Source: Bacillota bacterium (GTDB taxonomy: Bacteria; Bacillota; Dethiobacteria; DTU022). Taken from it: a stretch of 64,000 nt of DNA. This document shows, one piece after another, positions 56,241 to 64,000 of this stretch. The position numbers and the translations under genes are program-made. Below the pieces are notes generated by a model. The model did not search any database. It worked only from the letters and a program-made list of their open reading frames with translations, and was not told the origin of the DNA. Position 1 is the first letter of the stretch. Each line of letters begins with the position of its first letter. Location of the stretch: contig JAWODD010000031.1 of NCBI GenBank assembly GCA_046483445.1, positions 65,397-129,396 of the forward strand, written 5' to 3'.

Positions 56241-57869
56241 ATGAAGAGATTTTTAGTATTGTTGATCGTCCCGGTTTTACTTTTGGGCTTGCTGTTTGCC
56301 GGTTGTGAGCCGGTTGAAGAAGAACCAGAAGAAGAGCCGGAAGAGTCAGAAGAGTCGGAAGAGCCGGAAGAGTCGGAAGAACCGGTTGAACAGGAAATAG
56401 CGATAGCCATAGGAGCAGAGCCGGAAAGTCTTGATCCACTGAAGATGACTTCAGCTCCTGCCGCTACTGTTTCCGAACACATGGCAGAAAATCTTATTTA
56501 CCTGAACGAGGACGGGGAATTAGAACCCGCCCTGGCCACAAACTGGGAAGCAGAAGAAGATGGGGAGTCTTACTTGATCGAGCTGCGAGAAGGGGTTACT
56601 TTTCACGATGGTGAACCTTTCAATGCCGAGGCGGTAAAGTACAATCTTGACCGATTCATGGGCAAAGGTGAATTCGAGGGAGAAGAAACAGCTGTATTTG
56701 AATTTCTCCTTGGCGAAGTAGACGAGGTGGAAGTGGTTGATGATTACACTATTCGTATCCACATGGAAGAGCGATTTGCACCACTAATTACCCATCTATC
56801 ACACTCCTTTATTGCCATGCACAGTCCGGCCTCGATAGAAGCGCTGGATGAAGGAGAAGATATTCAGGCTCCCGTGGGCACCGGTCCGTTCACCTATGCC
56901 GGTTGGGATCGCGGGGAGCAGATAGCCATGGAAAGGAACGAAGATTACTGGGGCGATGCTCCGGAGCTTGAGCAAGTAACCTTTAAGTTTGTCCCCGAAG
57001 GCAGTTCCCGGGTAATAATGATTGAAACTGGCGAAGTAGATGCGGTTATGGACATACCTTTTGCCGAGGTTGAACGGCTTGAAGGAGAAGAAGGAATCGA
57101 AATTGTATACGAAGAAAGTGTCCGCAATATTTACATTGGCTTCAATAATGAAAGCGAACTGTTTAAAGATAACAAGGAACTACGCCAGGCATTAAACTAT
57201 GCTGTCGACAAGCAAGCTATTTGTGATACCATTTTTGCGGGAGCATATGAGCCTTCTAGTGCACCGATTGTACCGGCTGTCTTTGGGTACAACGAAGTTG
57301 GCCCTTACGAGTACGATCCGGATAGAGCCCAGGAGTTGATGGCTGAAGCCGGTTATGAAGACGGCTTTGAAATGGAGCTTTACCATCCGAGCGGCCGTTA
57401 CCCGATGGATGAAACCGTGGCTGAAACAGTGCAGGGTATGCTGGCAGAAGTAGGGATTGAGGCCAACCTGACTACCTATGACTGGGGCACTTACCTTGAA
57501 GTGATTAACCAGGAAGACCCTGCTGATGCTGAGCACGATGCCTTTATGCTCGGCTGGGGCACTGTTACCTGGGATGCTGATTATGGGCTTTATTCCTTAC
57601 TGCATTCCGGAGAGTGGCCCCCGGCAAGTAACCGGACCTACTATGCAAATGAAGAAGTAGACGCCCTGCTGGAAGATGCTAGAAAAGAAATGGATCCTGA
57701 TGTGCGTGAAGAATTGTATGCAGATGCGATTGAAATAATCTGGGATGACGCACCGTGGATTTTCCTTTATGACCAGGTCCAGGTTAATGCCGAGACTGAC
57801 CGGGTTGAAGGGTTAATCCACCATCCCCTGGAAAACATTTCAGCCTGGGATGCTTACGTAGTAGAATAA
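56241..57869 (+). CDS. ABC transporter substrate-binding lipoprotein, family 5 (peptide/nickel type)
   Basis: Lipoprotein signal (LLFAGCEP) is followed by a very acidic linker (EEEPEEEPEESEESEEPEESEEP) and an SBP_bac_5 core. The protein is 542 aa. Confidence 0.85.
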   Translation: MKRFLVLLIVPVLLLGLLFAGCEPVEEEPEEEPEESEESEEPEESEEPVEQEIAIAIGAEPESLDPLKMTSAPAATVSEHMAENLIYLNEDGELEPALATNWEAEEDGESYLIELREGVTFHDGEPFNAEAVKYNLDRFMGKGEFEGEETAVFEFLLGEVDEVEVVDDYTIRIHMEERFAPLITHLSHSFIAMHSPASIEALDEGEDIQAPVGTGPFTYAGWDRGEQIAMERNEDYWGDAPELEQVTFKFVPEGSSRVIMIETGEVDAVMDIPFAEVERLEGEEGIEIVYEESVRNIYIGFNNESELFKDNKELRQALNYAVDKQAICDTIFAGAYEPSSAPIVPAVFGYNEVGPYEYDPDRAQELMAEAGYEDGFEMELYHPSGRYPMDETVAETVQGMLAEVGIEANLTTYDWGTYLEVINQEDPADAEHDAFMLGWGTVTWDADYGLYSLLHSGEWPPASNRTYYANEEVDALLEDARKEMDPDVREELYADAIEIIWDDAPWIFLYDQVQVNAETDRVEGLIHHPLENISAWDAYVVE

Positions 57870-58110
57870 AAAAGCTGTATATTTGCTAACGCCGGCAGTT
57901 TGAATGCCGGTTTAGCTGTTAACTGGTTAGTCGAGAAGGGGCAGGGTGAAAGGTAAGAGTTAATTTTCCAATTGCCCTGTCCCTTAATATTTAATGGTTC
58001 TAATTGGAATTTTACTTCGACTGTATTTATCTATTTATTTATTTTTAAATATGTTTTATAATTATTGAAGTTAAGCTTCTGTTTGAATATATTTTGGGGG
58101 TTAACTATAA

Positions 58111-59046
58111 GTGTATAGTTACATAGTCAGGAGACTTTTACTTGCTGTTCCCGTTCTGATCGGGGTTTCTATTCTTGTCTTTTCCATTGTCCGTTTTATA
58201 CCGGGCGATCCGGCCCGGATTATAGCAGGGGTTCATGCCAGTGAATCTTACGTGGAAAGAGTTCGATCGGAACTTCTCTTAGATCAGCCAGTGCATATAC
58301 AGTATTATGCTTATATGAGCAATGTTCTCCAGGGAGATATGGGGAGATCTGCCTATACCCGCAGGCCAGTGGCAGTGGAACTGTATGAGCGCTTTCCCAA
58401 TACCCTGATCTTAACCGTGGCAGCAATGGGCATAGCTACCATCTTTGGTATGAGTGCCGGCATTATTTCTGCTACCAGGCGCTATTCCTTATTTGACAAT
58501 TTCACCATGCTATTTGCCCTGGCCGGCATTGCGATTCCTGTATTTTGGCTGGGATTGATGCTGCAGCTCTTGTTTTCGGTTTACCTCGGCTGGCTGCCAT
58601 CGAGCGGTATGGGTACCTGGTGGCATTTGATCTTACCGGCGATGACTCTTGGGCTGGCTACGACTGCCCTGATTGCCCGGATTACTCGCTCAAGTATGCT
58701 TGATGTATTAGGCCAGGATTACATTAGTACAGCCCGTTCAAAAGGTTTGGTCGAGCGGGTGGTTATCTACAAGCATGCCCTGAAAAATGCGCTGATTCCC
58801 GTGGTTACGGTGATGGGTTTGCAGTTTGGGATTTTGCTTGGCGGCGCTGTTTTGACTGAATCTGTTTTTTCCTGGCCGGGGGTCGGCCGCCTCCTGGTTG
58901 ATTCGATCCTCACCCGTGATTATCCGGTAGTGCAGGGCGCCGTCCTTGTTCTGGCGTTATTTTTTGTCTTGATTAACCTGGTTGTAGATATTATCTACGC
59001 CCTGCTCGATCCCCGGATCACTTATGGTTCGCAAGAGGGGGACTGA
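58111..59046 (+). CDS. ABC peptide transporter permease (DppB/OppB-like)
   Basis: N-terminus YIVRRLLLAVPVLIGVSILVF and an EAA loop (STARSKGL) are present with a GTG start. Confidence 0.85.
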   Translation: MYSYIVRRLLLAVPVLIGVSILVFSIVRFIPGDPARIIAGVHASESYVERVRSELLLDQPVHIQYYAYMSNVLQGDMGRSAYTRRPVAVELYERFPNTLILTVAAMGIATIFGMSAGIISATRRYSLFDNFTMLFALAGIAIPVFWLGLMLQLLFSVYLGWLPSSGMGTWWHLILPAMTLGLATTALIARITRSSMLDVLGQDYISTARSKGLVERVVIYKHALKNALIPVVTVMGLQFGILLGGAVLTESVFSWPGVGRLLVDSILTRDYPVVQGAVLVLALFFVLINLVVDIIYALLDPRITYGSQEGD

Positions 59047-59048
59047 TT

Positions 59049-59945
59049 TTGAATAAAGAAAAATTAGATCAAATAAGCCTGGTTGATACTCCGAAAAGTG
59101 ATTCGGAAATGCGCCAGGTATGGCGGCATTTGCGAAAAAACCGCATGGCCATGATTGGTCTGGCGATACTTTTTATATTCATGATCTCTTCCATATTTGC
59201 CCCATTTATTACACCGCATGATCCAATTAAGCTCGATCTGATCAATGCTATAGAGGTTCCCAACAGTGAGAACCTGATGGGCACTGACTGGCAGGGGCGG
59301 GATGTTTTTACCCGAATTCTCTACGGGGGCAGGATTTCCCTGGCCATCGGTTTTATTACTGTAATTATCGGCCTGGCAGTGGGTATTCCGGTGGGCACTC
59401 TATCCGGTTATTTCGGAGGCAAGTTCGATTTGTTTGTTCAGCGTCTTATTGACATCATGCTTGCTTTCCCCGGGATCCTCTTAGCTATAGTGGTGGTAGC
59501 AGTGCTGGGTGTCGGGGTGGAACAGGTGATGATTGCGGTAGGTATTTCCACGATACCGATATATACCCGTTTGGTGCGGGGATCAGTCCTTTCTGTTAAA
59601 GAAGAGGGATATGTAACCGCTGCCAAATCACTCGGGATTGGCGATGCCAGGATCATTCTGCGTCACATTTTGCCCAACTGCCTGGGTCCGATTATTGTAA
59701 TGTCCACATTTAGGATTGCCACCTCTATTCTTTGGGCAGCGGGTCTTGGCTTTTTGGGATTGGGAGCGCAGCCACCGGATCCCGAATGGGGAGCCATGTT
59801 AAGCAATGGCAGGGAATATATGCGCGCGGCTCCTTTCCTTACCACTTTTCCCGGTTTGGCAATATTTCTGATGGTATTAGGGTTTAACCTTTTAGGCGAT
59901 GGTTTACGGGACGCATTAGATCCTCGCTCACGTAGATACGGATAA
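59049..59945 (+). CDS. ABC peptide transporter permease (DppC/OppC-like)
   Basis: N-terminal OppC-type extension and an EAA loop (VTAAKSLGIGDARII) are present. It lies 2 nt after the preceding gene. Confidence 0.85.
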   Translation: MNKEKLDQISLVDTPKSDSEMRQVWRHLRKNRMAMIGLAILFIFMISSIFAPFITPHDPIKLDLINAIEVPNSENLMGTDWQGRDVFTRILYGGRISLAIGFITVIIGLAVGIPVGTLSGYFGGKFDLFVQRLIDIMLAFPGILLAIVVVAVLGVGVEQVMIAVGISTIPIYTRLVRGSVLSVKEEGYVTAAKSLGIGDARIILRHILPNCLGPIIVMSTFRIATSILWAAGLGFLGLGAQPPDPEWGAMLSNGREYMRAAPFLTTFPGLAIFLMVLGFNLLGDGLRDALDPRSRRYG

Positions 59946-60016
59946 GTAGTGTATCAGTAATTGTTTTAACTTATAAACTTTTGAACAGGCTAATTTATTT
60001 AAAGGAAGGTAACTAA

Positions 60017-61006
60017 ATGGACGAGCTTTTACGGGTGGAGAATTTACAAACTACTTTTTATACCGATGAAGCAGTGATCAAAGCTGTCGATGGAATATCA
60101 TTCAATGTTAAACCAGGTGAAGTAGTCGGATTGGTTGGCGAATCGGGCTGCGGCAAAAGCGTAGCCTCTTTAAGTATCATGAGGTTGATTTACTATCCTC
60201 CCGGAAAAATAGAGGGAGGCAGGGTTTTATTAAACGATCGCAATTTGCTGGCTCTCAGTGAAAGGGAAATGCGCAGTGTCAGGGGCAACGAAATTGCCAT
60301 GATCTTTCAGGAGCCAATGACCTCGCTAAACCCGGTTTACAAAATAGGTGACCAGGTCAGTGAGGCTATCCGCCTCCACCAGGGGCTTGAAAAGTCTGCC
60401 GCCTGGGAAGAAGCCGGGAGGATGTTGGAGCTGGTCGGTATCCCCAGGCCAAAAGAAATTCTTGATAACTACCCTCACCAGTTAAGCGGCGGTATGCGGC
60501 AGCGGGCGATGATCGCGATGGCCCTTTCCTGCAATCCAAAGCTTTTAATTGCCGACGAACCGACCACTGCCCTGGATGTTACTATCCAGGCCCAGATTTT
60601 AGAATTGATGCGAGATTTAAAAGAAAAAATAAACACGGCCATTATTTTTATTACCCACGACCTGGGGGTAATTGCCGAAATGGCCCAGTACGTAGTGGTC
60701 ATGTATACCGGCAAGATTGTCGAAAAAGCGGATGTGGAAACGCTTTTCAACAATCCCCTGCATCCTTACACTGCCGGTTTAATTGATTCAAAACCGAAGC
60801 TTGAAGAAGAAAAAGAAATTTTGGACTTTATCCCGGGTAACGTTCCCAATCCCATGGCTATGCCTGAAGGCTGCGCTTTTCATCCACGCTGTAAAGAAGT
60901 GATGGATATCTGTCAACGGGAGGCACCTGAACTAATTGAAGAAACCCCGGGGCACCAGGTCAGGTGTTGGCTTTACCAGAAACAGGAAGCAAAAGGGGTG
61001 AAATAA
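60017..61006 (+). CDS. ABC peptide transporter ATP-binding protein (DppD/OppD-like)
   Basis: Walker A GESGCGKS, signature LSGGMRQR and Walker B LIADEPTTALD are present, plus a C-terminal oligopeptide-transporter cysteine motif. Confidence 0.85.
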   Translation: MDELLRVENLQTTFYTDEAVIKAVDGISFNVKPGEVVGLVGESGCGKSVASLSIMRLIYYPPGKIEGGRVLLNDRNLLALSEREMRSVRGNEIAMIFQEPMTSLNPVYKIGDQVSEAIRLHQGLEKSAAWEEAGRMLELVGIPRPKEILDNYPHQLSGGMRQRAMIAMALSCNPKLLIADEPTTALDVTIQAQILELMRDLKEKINTAIIFITHDLGVIAEMAQYVVVMYTGKIVEKADVETLFNNPLHPYTAGLIDSKPKLEEEKEILDFIPGNVPNPMAMPEGCAFHPRCKEVMDICQREAPELIEETPGHQVRCWLYQKQEAKGVK

Positions 61007-61990
61007 ATGGCAACCCCTCAACAAATACTCGCAGTAGAGGGCTTAAAAAAATATTTCCCGATCAGGGCCGGGGTATTCTCCCGGGTAACCGGACATGTAA
61101 AGGCGGTAGACGGTATTGATTTTAATGTTAAATCGGGGGAAGCTTACGGACTGGTTGGAGAATCCGGTTGCGGTAAATCCACGGCCGGGATGACTATCTT
61201 AAGGCTGCTTGAGCCTACAGGCGGAAAAGTATTATTTAAAGATAAAGACTTAAATTCTATGGGTAAAGATGAACTGCGAAAATTGCGCAGGGAAATGCAG
61301 ATTATATATCAAGACCCCTACAGTTCCTTAAATCCCAGGATGAGCGTGGGAGAAGCAATTGGCGAACCGCTGGAAGTGCACGGGATTGCCAGCGGCAAAG
61401 AAAGAAGAGATCGGGTGGTTACCGTCCTGAAAGAGTGCGGCCTTGATGAGTACCAATTTAGACGTTATCCGCATGAATTTTCCGGGGGGCAGCGGCAGCG
61501 CATTGGCGTTGCCAGGGCCCTGGTCATGGAGCCAGAATTTATCGTTGCCGATGAGCCGGTTTCTGCTCTTGATGTTTCGATTCAATCACAAATTATCAAC
61601 CTGCTTGAAAGGTTGCAGGAAAAATATGGCCTCACCTTTCTATTTATCTCCCATGATTTAAGCGTGGTCAAGCATATTTCCGATCGGGTCGGGGTGATGT
61701 ACTTAGGGCGTATCGTCGAAGATGCCCCTAAAGGGGAACTATACAGTTCACCGCTGCATCCTTATTCCCAGGCTCTTTTGTCTGCCGTGCCCACCATGCA
61801 GCCTAAAGTGAAAAAAGACAGGATCATCTTAAAAGGTGATGTTCCCAGTCCCGCAAACCCACCGCCGGGCTGCCCCTTTCATCCTCGCTGTCCCTGGGCT
61901 GAAGAAATTTGTTCTCAGGAAGTGCCTGCGTTAAGAAAGGTCGGCACTGACCATTATGTTTCCTGTCACCTCGTCAAAGAAAAGACTTAA
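61007..61990 (+). CDS. ABC peptide transporter ATP-binding protein (DppF/OppF-like)
   Basis: Walker [10 protein letters not shown], signature FSGGQRQR and Walker [12 protein letters not shown] are present. Its start abuts the preceding stop. Confidence 0.85.
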   Translation: MATPQQILAVEGLKKYFPIRAGVFSRVTGHVKAVDGIDFNVKSGEAYGLVGESGCGKSTAGMTILRLLEPTGGKVLFKDKDLNSMGKDELRKLRREMQIIYQDPYSSLNPRMSVGEAIGEPLEVHGIASGKERRDRVVTVLKECGLDEYQFRRYPHEFSGGQRQRIGVARALVMEPEFIVADEPVSALDVSIQSQIINLLERLQEKYGLTFLFISHDLSVVKHISDRVGVMYLGRIVEDAPKGELYSSPLHPYSQALLSAVPTMQPKVKKDRIILKGDVPSPANPPPGCPFHPRCPWAEEICSQEVPALRKVGTDHYVSCHLVKEKT

Positions 61991-62338
61991 GCGTAACTTT
62001 TGGGCTTCCCCGAAGGTTTAAGTTAAATGAAAGTGACCTTTGCGCATATGGGCACACTTACCCTGATTATAGAACTGCTGGCGGAAGAGTTGGGCCATGG
62101 CGATTATGGCTCCGGCAAAAGCAGATCCGCAATTCGAGTCGGCTGGTAAAGAGCTCCGTGGCTTAATGGAAAAAGTAAAGGTTGATGAAAGTAAAAAGCC
62201 CTTAAAACATGATGGAACAGCGGCGCTCAGGTAATGTAAAAACCGAGGCCAACCTTGCTTAAACACCCCTGTTATTGATATTGACCTGTTTAAAGATGAC
62301 AGAGTGCTTTCTCACTGCAAATGGAGTGAAATCTTAAT

Positions 62339-63334
62339 TTGCTGCTTAAAATAGGCCCGATTAATGTTTCTCCCGGACTGGCCTTAGCTCCAATGGCAGG
62401 TATCAGCGATCACCCCTTTCGAATCCTGGCCAGACAACAAGGCTGCCCTTTGGTTTATTCGGAAATGATCAGCGCCAGGGGGCTCTACTACAACCCCGGC
62501 CGGCAGCGCTATTTACTGCATTTTACTGAAGAAGAAAGACCGATCGGTTTTCAGCTCTTTGGCTCCGAACCTCAGGTAATGGCCGAAGCGGCACGTAAGC
62601 TTGAAGAGGTAGGCCCGGACTGCATTGATCTCAACCTTGGTTGTCCCACCCCGAAAGTGATTCGCAACGGGGACGGCGGCGCCCTGATGCGCGATCCTGA
62701 GCTGGCCTGGGAAATTTTTAAAGCGGTGGCCGGTGCCGTTAAGTGCCCGGTAACCGTGAAAATGCGCAAAGGCTGGGACGAGCAAGCGGCAACTGTACTG
62801 GAGATTGCCGCCAGGGCTGAAGAAGCAGGGTTGCAGGCAATTACTGTGCACGGGCGCACAGTAAAACAGGGTTACAGTGGCCTGGCGGACTGGGGTATAA
62901 TTCGCCAGGTAAAAGAAACTGTTGCAATTCCGGTTATTGGCAATGGCGATGTTGACTCCGCGGATGCTGCAGAGGCGATGTTTTCATATTGTAACTGTGA
63001 CGGGATTATGATTGGCCGGGCGGCCAGGGGCAATCCCTGGATTTTTAAGGCAGTAAGGGCCAGGCTTGAAGGGGAAAGCGCGCCAAAAAAACCTTCTAGA
63101 GCCGAAGTGACGGAAATGGCCTGTCAACATTTGAATCTGCTTATTAATTTAAAAGGGGAAACAGCAGCTGTTAGAGAAATGCGCACCCATGCTTCATGGT
63201 ATATTAAAAGTTTTCCGGGAGCCGCGATGGCAAGAAAGAAGCTGGTGCAGGCAAAAACAAAAATGGAAATGGTAAATATACTGCGGGAATATTCCCTTTA
63301 TCTCCGTTCCGCCGAACAAGAAGATAATAAATAA
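62339..63334 (+). CDS. tRNA-dihydrouridine synthase (DusB-like)
   Basis: FMN-binding TIM-barrel motifs are LAPMAGISDHPFR and DLNLGCPTPKV with the catalytic Cys. The protein is 331 aa and uses a TTG start. Confidence 0.8.
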   Translation: MLLKIGPINVSPGLALAPMAGISDHPFRILARQQGCPLVYSEMISARGLYYNPGRQRYLLHFTEEERPIGFQLFGSEPQVMAEAARKLEEVGPDCIDLNLGCPTPKVIRNGDGGALMRDPELAWEIFKAVAGAVKCPVTVKMRKGWDEQAATVLEIAARAEEAGLQAITVHGRTVKQGYSGLADWGIIRQVKETVAIPVIGNGDVDSADAAEAMFSYCNCDGIMIGRAARGNPWIFKAVRARLEGESAPKKPSRAEVTEMACQHLNLLINLKGETAAVREMRTHASWYIKSFPGAAMARKKLVQAKTKMEMVNILREYSLYLRSAEQEDNK

Positions 63335-63445
63335 TTAATTTTATTGTCATTTTTAATCTCGAAGCTTGTTGCTACTTAATTGCTTTAATAGTAAAATGAC
63401 AATGGGCACATCTTTGTGCACAACCATGTTGAGGGACATTTTGTG

Positions 63446-64000
63446 ATGAAAGAACGTACTTTTAGGATTGGTGAAAAAATAATCAGTCTGGACAAGGCTG
63501 CTCACCTGATTGAAAGAGCTATGGAGCTGCGGGAACAGGGTTTTTCTCAACAGGAAGCAGCCAGGCGGCTCAATCTCGACCGCAGTTTTATATCAAGGAT
63601 TGAAGCTAGCGGTGAAATACGCAAAGGCAGCAAGGTTGCGGTGATTGGTTTCCCCCTGTCTAATGCTGCCGAACTTGCCGATCTCTGTCATTCTTACGGA
63701 CTTGATTATTTTTTATTGCTTGACAATCGGCAGCGCTGGGATCTGGTCAAGGACCGCCAGGCGCTTGATTTTTTTAACCATATTTTTGAAATGATTGCCC
63801 GCCTGCGTGAATTCGATACCCTGGTGATGATCTCTTCTGAAAAATGGTATCACCTGGCAGAAGTCCTGCTTGATCTTCAAATCATTTATATTGACCTTGG
63901 ACCGACGCCGATTCAAGAAGATCGCTATTTTGACCCGAAACAATTAAGGGAAACCTTAGAAATGGTCCTGGAAAAAAAGCGAAAGGAGAACCGGCAAATT
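63446..64000 (+). CDS. HTH-domain protein of unknown function (partial, runs off window end)
   Basis: ATG at 63446 opens a frame that stays open to the window end. An HTH segment (QGFSQQEAARRLNLDRSFISRIE) is present. There is no stop in the window, so it is absent from the ORF track. Confidence 0.45.
   Translation, partial: MKERTFRIGEKIISLDKAAHLIERAMELREQGFSQQEAARRLNLDRSFISRIEASGEIRKGSKVAVIGFPLSNAAELADLCHSYGLDYFLLLDNRQRWDLVKDRQALDFFNHIFEMIARLREFDTLVMISSEKWYHLAEVLLDLQIIYIDLGPTPIQEDRYFDPKQLRETLEMVLEKKRKENRQI

Noticed and set aside
1-64000. CRISPR arrays, transposases, integrases or prophage genes
   Set aside because: I saw no regularly spaced direct repeats with unique spacers and no transposase, integrase or phage structural gene signatures anywhere in the window.

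Overview
This is a 64 kb, densely coding chromosomal window that looks like an anaerobic Firmicutes genome (Clostridia or Negativicutes type) at roughly mid-40s % GC. The presence of lnt hints at a diderm lineage. Very acidic linkers in lipoproteins hint at a halophile. I see no transposase, integrase, phage gene or CRISPR array. The window holds four main blocks. (1) A MrfA/MrfB-like DUF1998 helicase plus exonuclease pair sits at the left edge. (2) A five-gene lysine/beta-lysine fermentation-like operon runs kamA, a kdd-like gene, a saccharopine-dehydrogenase-like gene, a class-III aminotransferase and a kce-like gene; no B12-dependent beta-lysine 5,6-aminomutase genes (kamDE) accompany it. 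(3) A quaternary-amine island carries two non-pyrrolysine MttB-family methyltransferases, a cobalamin-binding corrinoid protein, an unusual adjacent class-I SAM methyltransferase, an OpuC-type ABC importer with CBS domains, a stand-alone CBS protein and, about 30 kb away, a BCCT transporter. (4) Housekeeping genes include mnmG, nadE, queG, tatAAC, mobA, lnt, a zinc ZIP-Zur module with a co-oriented DNA methyltransferase, superoxide reductase, a NifU-like scaffold, the DapL-variant lysine biosynthesis cluster (dapB-dapA-dapL-lysA), tRNA-Pro(CGG), a dipeptide/oligopeptide ABC transporter and a tRNA-dihydrouridine synthase. The candidates I rank highest for novelty are the kamDE-less beta-lysine operon, the corrinoid protein paired with a SAM methyltransferase, the leader-peptide/terminator arrangement in front of MttB-1, the Zur-linked DNA methyltransferase, a 27-nt motif that occurs twice in intergenic DNA, and an ORF-free region of about 840 bp (within a ~970-bp intergenic stretch) beside tRNA-Pro.
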